Shown here: piece after piece, positions 13,491 through 20,617 of the stretch | Layout: every line of letters begins with the position of its first letter | Position numbering within the stretch: position 1 is the first letter of the stretch | From: a virus | IMG/VR virus record: IMGVR_UViG_3300037311_000137 | Span: 1 to 36,054 of that record | Reading direction: 5' to 3' (one strand) | DNA: 36,054 nucleotides | Position numbers and translations under genes: made by a program | The notes under the pieces: generated by a model | Seen by the model: the letters and a program-made list of their open reading frames with translations, nothing else | The model's database searches: none | What the model was told of the DNA's origin: nothing

Positions 13491-13574
13491 TAGCGATGAG
13501 GGGAGTCGAACCCCCAACCTTCTCGTGCCCGTCCATGGTCTAGTCGAGACGCTCTACCCTTGAGCTACACCGCT
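13491..13574 (-). tRNA. tRNA-like gene, 84 nt, canonical acceptor/D/T arms but a 19-nt anticodon loop; identity undetermined
   Basis: Folded by hand: AGCGGUG/CAUCGCU acceptor stem, GCUC-AAGGGUA-GAGC D arm, UCUCG..CGAGA anticodon stem, AGGUU variable loop and GGGGG-UUCGACU-CCCCU T arm. No CCA is encoded, and a T7 run follows. Confidence 0.6.
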
Positions 13575-13716
13575 ATCCAAGTAAACCTTTGTCCTCATCC
13601 TCAGGATCTTTACGTTTCTCTTTTCGCTTCAAAAGCGTTTCATGTAAGCGTTTCCGTACAGACCCCTCATCATAAAAATCTTTCAAGTTTCCATTCTCTG
13701 GCGTGATTTCTGTCAT
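13573..13716 (-). CDS. Hypothetical small charged protein (47 aa)
   Basis: Hand-translated as MTEITPENGNLKDFYDEGSVRKRLHETLLKRKEKRKDPEDEDKGLLG. It forms an ATGA overlap with the upstream gene, and its TAG stop overlaps the tRNA-like 5' end by 2 nt. Confidence 0.4.
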   Translation of the reverse strand: MTEITPENGNLKDFYDEGSVRKRLHETLLKRKEKRKDPEDEDKGLLG

Positions 13717-15350
13717 TGTCGCCTCATTCTTTCCATGATTAGACCCGCAGCTGGAGCGCTTCTTTCAAGCGCCTTACCGCCCGCCTCAATGAGCCCACGC
13801 CCTGGTACCTTGCCCAAAGCTTGCCCCGCTTTTTGAGCACCTCGTGCAAGCAAAGGATTTCCATACAAGCGCCCCGCCTTGTTAATGCCTCCGGCAAGTG
13901 AGCCCACAAGTGCACCCTTTAATCCACGCTCCAAAGCTTCCTCAGGGTTGTCAGCGGTCGCAGCTCCAATTGCACCCCCAACAGCACCGCCTCCTGCACC
14001 TGCAATCGTGTCGGTTAAGCTCACAAACCTGTTGCCACTCTCACGCATGATTCTCTCACGCGCATTTCTCTGAGCTTCCGACATAATCCCGTACAAGCGG
14101 TTTTGAGTCTTAAGTTCTTGCAACAACTCACCCTTACCGCCCATGGCTTTATCAAAGGCGTCCACACGCGCTTGGATTTTATCCGACAAAAAGTCTCGAA
14201 CCTTTTTGGTGTATTGCTTAGATAGCGGCTCATCTGCAATGTCTTTGTTGTATTTGATCAGATCATCAAGGCCTGACTTAAACTCTTGCATTTCTTTGAT
14301 GCCAGTGATGTCGCCGTTTGCACGCAAGTCATCGAGTAACCCCTCAACGTGTGCCAAAACCTTTTTGCCTGAAGGCTTTCCTTTAAGCTCATCCCCAAAC
14401 TTCACAAGCATCTCGTCTGCAAACTCGGTCGGGTTTAGGTTTGTTTCACGAATAAGCTTTTGTGCGTCTGGCTTAAGTTTAAAGAACGTCTTTGGATCTG
14501 AAAGCTCTTCAGAGACGCGGTTATACACCTCTCCAATGCGCTCTCCAGCTTGACGCCGAACTGCATCCGCACCCTCTGCAATGTCTTCAAACGTTGCTCC
14601 GGGCTTTACAATGCCTCGGTCCATAAGCTCACGGCCCACGTCATCAATAAAGTCATCACCTCTAGCCATGGCGCGCTTCACGTCCTTCATGACGGGACCT
14701 GTGGCCTTAAACGCTTTTTTGTAACCGTATTTCTCAAGTGTCTTTGGAATTTTAGAGAATGACTGAAGCCCTTTGCCCGCAAGCTCAGCACCCTTTGCAA
14801 ATCCTCCACCCATAGCGGCTGAGAGTAGGCCCGATTGAACACGATCTCCTAAATCACCCTCCTGCTTTTCGAGTGCACCTTGCACGCCTGAGGTGAGAGC
14901 CGCCTGTCCAACCGTTCCAAGCTTTGCGGCAGCGGGAATTGCTTTACCGGCTAAGGCCATCGTGCCTGAAGCTGCTGGAACCGCACCTGCAACCGTTCCA
15001 AGTAATCCACCTGCGCCATATGCAACAGGTGCCTCTTCGGCAAGTCTCTCCTCACGCGCTTCAAAGCCTTTAACCCTTTCGCCAAATGTTGGTTTCGGTG
15101 CGCCTTGAACCTTAAACCCTTGAGCCTCTAACTCTTGTACGTCTTTAGGTTTTGGAGTCAAAAACTCTGTTACAGCCTCTCCGGCCGCTTGCAGTTCAGG
15201 GCCGTAGCCAAACGCGGCCTTTGATCCTAAACCTTGCACAAAGCTTTCCGCTTGCTTTAAAAATCCAGGACCTTTTTCCTCCTTGGGAAGCGCAAACTTT
15301 TCCCAAGGGCCTGACCCGCCTGCTTTGTACTTTTCCCAAGGTGCTTTCAT
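13713..15350 (-). CDS. Large Gly/Ala-rich internal-virion/ejection-like protein (545 aa)
   Basis: ATG at 15350 has AAGGTG 5 nt upstream and a TAATG junction. It is the last large gene of the structural operon. The function is inferred from position and composition. Confidence 0.75.
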   Translation of the reverse strand: MKAPWEKYKAGGSGPWEKFALPKEEKGPGFLKQAESFVQGLGSKAAFGYGPELQAAGEAVTEFLTPKPKDVQELEAQGFKVQGAPKPTFGERVKGFEAREERLAEEAPVAYGAGGLLGTVAGAVPAASGTMALAGKAIPAAAKLGTVGQAALTSGVQGALEKQEGDLGDRVQSGLLSAAMGGGFAKGAELAGKGLQSFSKIPKTLEKYGYKKAFKATGPVMKDVKRAMARGDDFIDDVGRELMDRGIVKPGATFEDIAEGADAVRRQAGERIGEVYNRVSEELSDPKTFFKLKPDAQKLIRETNLNPTEFADEMLVKFGDELKGKPSGKKVLAHVEGLLDDLRANGDITGIKEMQEFKSGLDDLIKYNKDIADEPLSKQYTKKVRDFLSDKIQARVDAFDKAMGGKGELLQELKTQNRLYGIMSEAQRNARERIMRESGNRFVSLTDTIAGAGGGAVGGAIGAATADNPEEALERGLKGALVGSLAGGINKAGRLYGNPLLARGAQKAGQALGKVPGRGLIEAGGKALERSAPAAGLIMERMRRQ

Positions 15351-16294
15351 TATTTCACCTTCTTCCAATTTCGTTTGTCTGAAGGGTCTCCACCCAAGAA
15401 CTGATAACCGTCTTCCTCAACTCCAGGCTCAGGTGTTCCAGGTGCCGCAACAGCGCTTGGTGTGGATCCCTCTTGAGCCAAAAGCCCACGAAGAGAATCG
15501 CCATAACCTAAGCGGTCGGGCTCAAACCCAATCGCGGCCAAGTCTTGTGGTTGATAGCCAAGAGCCGTAAGTTTTGATTCAATAAATCGCCTTGAGGTGT
15601 CGAGCTTTTGCGCTGCTACGTCTTCTGTGTCTCCAGGGCGTGGAAGCATGGCCATGAAGCGCTTTTCCTCGTCTTTGTTGATAGCTCCACCCGACTGTAA
15701 GCGTCCGACCACTTCGGCAATCGTGGTTGCTTGAACCGTCAAAGGAGTGTCAGACACAAATGAACCCAAAAGCGGCGTGTCTCTTGTAATCCGCTCAGGA
15801 CGCATGCCGCCTTTAAAGAGGTCTTCATAATTCTTAAGCCCCTCAAGCGCTGACGCCACCATCCCAATTTGTTTTTTAACCTCTCCACCCTCTTTTCGAA
15901 GTCGGTATCTTGGGTCTTCCTCGCGCGCAAGCTTAGCGGCTTCAAGCTCCGCACGTCTCGCATACGGGTCTTTGTAGGTGGGGTCTCGTTCAATATCAAA
16001 GCCCTCATCACCCTCTTTCACAATGATGCCACGAGAGAGAAGGCCACCTTTTTGAAGCGCCTCGTTTAAAGTGCGCTGCCTTTTCGCTTCGGTGCTCTCT
16101 GCAAGCTGACCACTCTCATCCTCAATTAAGCCCGCTTGACGCATTCGGATTTGTCGGTCCTTTGCGCGCTCAGCTTCGAGTTTGTTTTGTTGGCGTGCGG
16201 CAAGTAAGTTTCCAATACCCCCAGCTATGCCGGAAGCTAGGCCCTCAGATAATTCACCCCTGTTGGCTCCATAATCCATTCCAATACGTCTCAT
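15350..16294 (-). CDS. Virion-associated hypothetical protein (314 aa)
   Basis: Track ORF with a GGGAGGGG SD upstream. Confidence 0.75.
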   Translation of the reverse strand: MRRIGMDYGANRGELSEGLASGIAGGIGNLLAARQQNKLEAERAKDRQIRMRQAGLIEDESGQLAESTEAKRQRTLNEALQKGGLLSRGIIVKEGDEGFDIERDPTYKDPYARRAELEAAKLAREEDPRYRLRKEGGEVKKQIGMVASALEGLKNYEDLFKGGMRPERITRDTPLLGSFVSDTPLTVQATTIAEVVGRLQSGGAINKDEEKRFMAMLPRPGDTEDVAAQKLDTSRRFIESKLTALGYQPQDLAAIGFEPDRLGYGDSLRGLLAQEGSTPSAVAAPGTPEPGVEEDGYQFLGGDPSDKRNWKKVK

Positions 16295-16316
16295 CTACCC
16301 CTCCCAAAAAATTTCA

Positions 16317-16964
16317 TCACGCACCCATGCGGTTTGGATCAATTTCCGGACCGCCCGCTGTGTTAATGGGCGGCTCTTCAGGCAAAAACGAATCTCCTAA
16401 AGCTTTTCCTGCCTGTGCTCCAGCTCCAGGTGCTCCTAAGAAAGTTCCCGCAATTGCACCCGCCGCTTGACCCGCAATGCCTAAGATCGATCCAATGACC
16501 GCGTTTCGAGCGGCTCTTTTTTGTTGCCGCTCCATGCGTTTTCTCTCAATGCGGCCAATCTCTACGTCAGCTCTTGCTTGAGAGTATGCTTGCTCGCGCC
16601 CCACATCCCCCATGCGCTCACGTGATTGTCTTAAGCCTTCCTCTTCACGAATATCACCAATGCCACGCTCAACGTTCCTCATGGCACGTCTCGAGAGCGC
16701 CTCGCTATAAAGCCCTGGCCCCAAGCCCGTTTGAAAGCCCTGAACGTTTTGAAGCGCACCTTCCGCAAGATTCCCGCCCATTTGAGCTGCGTCCATTACA
16801 GGTTGAGAGCGCTCCTCTTCAGACAATTGAGAGCGACCCTCAATCCCTTCCATCAAGTTTGACGTGGCCTTGGAGAGTCCAGCCGTTTGATACTCAGGTG
16901 CTTTTTTGCCGTAGCCAAATCCTACAGCGCCCTGCACTTTTTTGAACGCATCTTTAAACGACAT
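16317..16964 (-). CDS. Gly/Ala/Arg-rich low-complexity virion protein (215 aa)
   Basis: Track ORF directly abutting the upstream gene. Confidence 0.75.
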   Translation of the reverse strand: MSFKDAFKKVQGAVGFGYGKKAPEYQTAGLSKATSNLMEGIEGRSQLSEEERSQPVMDAAQMGGNLAEGALQNVQGFQTGLGPGLYSEALSRRAMRNVERGIGDIREEEGLRQSRERMGDVGREQAYSQARADVEIGRIERKRMERQQKRAARNAVIGSILGIAGQAAGAIAGTFLGAPGAGAQAGKALGDSFLPEEPPINTAGGPEIDPNRMGA

Positions 16965-17534
16965 TTAACCTCCCATGCCTCCACCCATAATCCCGCCAAT
17001 TGCTTTTCCAAGCTTTGGTGCAAATCGTCCCAAGAACCCTCGGCTTGATTTGTGTTGCTGCAATTGTCGATTATACAACTCATCTAGTAGGTCTTGTGAA
17101 TAACTTTGAGCTTGCATGCCTTGTTGTACAGCTTGGTCTTCCATTCCACGTGCGGTTTGGTCAAGATTTTGAGCGTATCCAGCAAGCCTTTGGGCTGCAG
17201 CTCCTCCTGCCTGTGCTGCAACATCTGCTTGACCCGCCTGAGACAGGCCTGAATACAAAAGGCCGCGAGAGGATGCTCCACGCCTAACGTCCTGCATGCC
17301 TCCTCGAATATCAGAGCCCGCTTGTGCAGCTTCCAAGTCCCCACGCCTTTGCATGCGGCCACCAATGGATTCGCGAAACCCCTGAGCTTGCTCTGCCGCT
17401 TTTTGAGCCGCCGACTCCTGCTCTTGTTGCGCTTTTTTAATGGCAGCGTCCTCAGAGCGATTAAGCTTCTCTTGACCCTTCTTTGCACGACGTCTCTTAA
17501 TTGCTTTTGCTAGTAGCGCTCCACCTAAAATCAT
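16965..17534 (-). CDS. Gln/Ala/Gly-rich low-complexity virion protein ending in GGIMGGGMGG (189 aa)
   Basis: Track ORF whose composition is typical of podovirus internal proteins. Confidence 0.75.
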   Translation of the reverse strand: MILGGALLAKAIKRRRAKKGQEKLNRSEDAAIKKAQQEQESAAQKAAEQAQGFRESIGGRMQRRGDLEAAQAGSDIRGGMQDVRRGASSRGLLYSGLSQAGQADVAAQAGGAAAQRLAGYAQNLDQTARGMEDQAVQQGMQAQSYSQDLLDELYNRQLQQHKSSRGFLGRFAPKLGKAIGGIMGGGMGG

Positions 17535-17544
17535 AAATCCCCCC

Positions 17545-17871
17545 TCACGCCAAAATCACAACCGTTGCAGTGCCAGACGCATCTGACCTTAAGTTTATCA
17601 CTTGCCTTGTTGGTGTCCCTGATCCCGCATAGATCGACATCGCAACACTTGCCCTAATCAAAAAGTATCCAGACGGCACAGTCCCAAGCCCGTGTTGAAT
17701 CTCTAAATCTGTGTTTGCCACAAACGTCACGTCAATGATTCTAGCCCTAAAGTTGTCCGATAACGTCAATGAATTGACTACAGTCTTTAGGTTATCAAGC
17801 GCGTTTTGAATCCACTTCTTTGCAACCGAATACTCCGCTTGCTCTGTAATGTTTGGGACGTCTGCCTTCAT
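17545..17871 (-). CDS. Small structural protein (108 aa)
   Basis: Track ORF with a 1-nt stop/start overlap with the upstream gene. Confidence 0.7.
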   Translation of the reverse strand: MKADVPNITEQAEYSVAKKWIQNALDNLKTVVNSLTLSDNFRARIIDVTFVANTDLEIQHGLGTVPSGYFLIRASVAMSIYAGSGTPTRQVINLRSDASGTATVVILA

Positions 17872-19739
17872 TACACAGCCCTCTGGAATCTGTACTCAAT
17901 CGTGTAGCCGTAAAACAAAAATGGGTTTGTGCTACTCGCTTGCTTCGTTGTGACTTGATAGCTCTTTGCTGGAATCCCAAAGTCGATACGCGTTTGAAAC
18001 GTCGCCTGAAAGATCGTGCGATTAATTACAATTGTCGAACTATCGTAATTTGACCTCATGTCAAGATCAATGCTCTGAGTGGCAGCGATAGGCTCAACGT
18101 TTGTGTAATGCCTTCTAAAGAGCTTTTCTACACTCTGTCCGAGAGGCGCAAACCAAGGGCTTTCAACAACACACGTAATCGCACGCCCGTTGTCGGCCAT
18201 GAAGCTTGAGGACCACACGTCAAATGAGCCTGTGTATCCTCCGCTAAAAACCCTGATTTTATCCTGATTTTGCCTTGCTCTAAACAAGGTCGAAGCATCC
18301 ACGCCGTCGTAAGTGGTCCAAGCGCCCACAAAGTAGTCGTAGGCCAAAATCAAGTTATTGATGGTTGCGCCATCCACAGGAATCGCAAACCACACTTCAT
18401 TAATGTCTTTGTAGTGCACGGCAGTTGCCTTGTCTCGTGCCGCATTGATGTTCATGCGCTGGAATATAGGCTCAATGGGCTCAGACACAAGCTGCACACC
18501 CGCGCCATCCCACTCTACGATTCCCTCTACATCTAACCACCAAAGCCTGTTTTCGAACGTGACAATCGCTTGGTTTGAGAGTGCGCCACAATCCGCAGAC
18601 CTTTGTCTCAAAAAGAAGTTTGCAGGATCTTGTCCAGATAACTCATGAAATGAGCGCTCCTTAAACAAAAACAAAGAATCTCGAAATGCCTTGGCACCCC
18701 TAAGCACATCGCCGTCTTCAGTCCTCACTTCAAAGAAATACTCAGGCTGCACGTTTTCCGCTTGCCCAATCTCTGAGAAGTACACAATTGAGGTCGCACT
18801 CAGCATGAAAAGCTGGTTGTTGTAAATCTCAAGATACTTAGGCGTGATGCACGTAAATCCACTTGGAGCGGCTGGGAAAAACACGCCGCTGTTAAAATTA
18901 ATGCGTGCCGAGTGAATTATTCCATTCACATAAGATGCAGCTGCCGACTGAGTTGTGTTTGTATAATAAGCGCCATCTAATATTAAAGACGCAAAGGCAT
19001 TAAAAACACCAACAGCCAAGGCGTCTGTGTTGCTTACCCCAGACCTATAAAACACAAACTGCCTTACGTCGCCAATGGACGTGACATTAGTAAAACCAAC
19101 AAACTCAAAGCTCCCAAATGTTGCGGTGTTTACGGTAAACTCTTGATTTTGTATGAGAAAAAACACAGACCCATCTGGTTTTGTTGCGGCTATTCGAAAC
19201 ACGTAGTTTCCATTAGCAAGACTTCCTCCGCCGACTGTACTGAGTGAAAGCCCCACCGAAAAAGAATATCCAGGATTACAAAGCCCCCAGTAATTAATGG
19301 TCGCACCAAAAAACGTTTGGCCACCGCCACCCGTCGTAAACCCAGTGAGTCTGAACTGAAACCCAAAAAAGCCTTGCCCGTTTGCAGACCAAAGCTGACC
19401 GTTTAAGGGAGCAAAGTCATAATAAGACGTTTGTCCGTTTGATAGAATAATGCTCAAGCCTTGGTTTGAACTATCGACCGATCGAAAGACGCCACTCGTT
19501 CCAAACACCAAGAACTGACTTGAACCAGTCTCCCATTCGTATGCTGAACCAATAGGACCCAACAAAGAGTTACCCGCGTAAAAGGTTGTGCCCTCGCGCT
19601 TTTGAAGTGCTCCAGGTCGCTGGAAGTTTACGTTCTTTAAATCCCGAAACTCCATTGGACCATTCACGTACACAGACGCCTTGGCATTAATGCCTTTGAT
19701 CATCGCGTACTGTTCGGACTTCATTTTCTCGTAGGCCAT
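17871..19739 (-). CDS. Putative tail tubular B / nozzle-like protein (622 aa)
   Basis: The size and its position directly after a ~220-aa adaptor-like gene mirror the gp11/gp12 pair of T7-type tails. There is no motif-level proof. Confidence 0.75.
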   Translation of the reverse strand: MAYEKMKSEQYAMIKGINAKASVYVNGPMEFRDLKNVNFQRPGALQKREGTTFYAGNSLLGPIGSAYEWETGSSQFLVFGTSGVFRSVDSSNQGLSIILSNGQTSYYDFAPLNGQLWSANGQGFFGFQFRLTGFTTGGGGQTFFGATINYWGLCNPGYSFSVGLSLSTVGGGSLANGNYVFRIAATKPDGSVFFLIQNQEFTVNTATFGSFEFVGFTNVTSIGDVRQFVFYRSGVSNTDALAVGVFNAFASLILDGAYYTNTTQSAAASYVNGIIHSARINFNSGVFFPAAPSGFTCITPKYLEIYNNQLFMLSATSIVYFSEIGQAENVQPEYFFEVRTEDGDVLRGAKAFRDSLFLFKERSFHELSGQDPANFFLRQRSADCGALSNQAIVTFENRLWWLDVEGIVEWDGAGVQLVSEPIEPIFQRMNINAARDKATAVHYKDINEVWFAIPVDGATINNLILAYDYFVGAWTTYDGVDASTLFRARQNQDKIRVFSGGYTGSFDVWSSSFMADNGRAITCVVESPWFAPLGQSVEKLFRRHYTNVEPIAATQSIDLDMRSNYDSSTIVINRTIFQATFQTRIDFGIPAKSYQVTTKQASSTNPFLFYGYTIEYRFQRAV

Positions 19740-20407
19740 CAGTAGTAATAACCTCCGCTGTCGCCGTAGTCTTCAGTTACAACCACCTCACGCGGACCAT
19801 CTTGATGGCGCTCAATTGAGTCTCGATCGACCTCGTCCTCATACTGCTTCATTTTCTTAAGCAGTATCTCACTCATTCGACCGTCTTTTAGAAATCCATC
19901 CTCACACGCGTAAAGCGCAATAAGCTCATGGTATTGAAGAGGAGCATCGGGCTCATCAATGTCCTCATCCATTGGGCTTACCTTGTAAGTGTAATAAAGC
20001 CTGATTTTGTAGGAGTTTGAATCAGAGGCAGGATAAACTTGGATTCGGTTTTTCCTAATCGTGTAGCGCGCTGGTGGGCCTAAAAGTGTAGAGAGCAAAT
20101 CCTGTTGGTTCAATGTCACAAACGTCAGTGGACGCCTTTGCTCTTGGGTCGTGGCATAACCTGATATAATAAGCTCAAGCCTTTGGATCTTTCGAAAGTC
20201 ATCAGGGAGCACATACTCACGCTGACCTCGAACAGTGTCCGTTACCACACACTTTGTGTAATACCTTTCGCCTGAGCCTATGAGCTTGCGCTGTAATCTC
20301 TCAAGACCGTTATTCAACCAAAGGTTGACCTGAGTCTCAGAGAAATATCCGAAACTCAAGTCATCCAACCAGTAACTTACTAACGCTTTAAGCTCTCCAC
20401 GGGTCAT
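19739..20407 (-). CDS. Putative head-tail adaptor / tail tubular A-like protein (222 aa)
   Basis: Position and size support the call, and it is coupled (TGATG) to the nozzle-like gene. Confidence 0.75.
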   Translation of the reverse strand: MTRGELKALVSYWLDDLSFGYFSETQVNLWLNNGLERLQRKLIGSGERYYTKCVVTDTVRGQREYVLPDDFRKIQRLELIISGYATTQEQRRPLTFVTLNQQDLLSTLLGPPARYTIRKNRIQVYPASDSNSYKIRLYYTYKVSPMDEDIDEPDAPLQYHELIALYACEDGFLKDGRMSEILLKKMKQYEDEVDRDSIERHQDGPREVVVTEDYGDSGGYYY

Positions 20408-20422
20408 CCTTGACCTCCTATA

Positions 20423-20617
20423 TTAAAAACACTCTTCAATATTGGCAGGAATCTCTACAGACCAGGTTGTTGTGATGTTTTCACATCCTGGTCCCCATAT
20501 GCCCGCACAAGGCCAAATGAAGCCAAAGGTCAAAAGACCCAAACCCTCGACCGTATTGTTTCCGACAAACCCCTCATCAAGAAGCGCTTGCCCGTTTACC
20601 GTCACATCGAAATTCAT
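20423..20617 (-). CDS. Hypothetical small protein (64 aa)
   Basis: Track ORF overlapping the glycosyltransferase 3' end by 41 nt. Confidence 0.45.
   Translation of the reverse strand: MNFDVTVNGQALLDEGFVGNNTVEGLGLLTFGFIWPCAGIWGPGCENITTTWSVEIPANIEECF

Noticed and set aside
13491-13574. Amber-suppressor tRNA implying stop-codon recoding of the phage
   Set aside because: Well-supported genes (tnpB, the hexapeptide-repeat gene, the 47-aa ORF) end in TAG immediately before the next gene or structure. All large ORFs are intact under the standard code. CUA in the loop also lacks the U33/R37 context.
13879-17513. Numerous plus-strand ORFs (for example 14143..14553, 16162..16470, 16574..16945, 17000..17287) antisense to the virion-protein genes
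   Set aside because: They arise from the GC-rich, Ala/Gly codon-biased minus-strand genes. They are Ser/Pro/Leu-rich with no SD sites and no coupling, and they overlap long, well-packed minus-strand ORFs.
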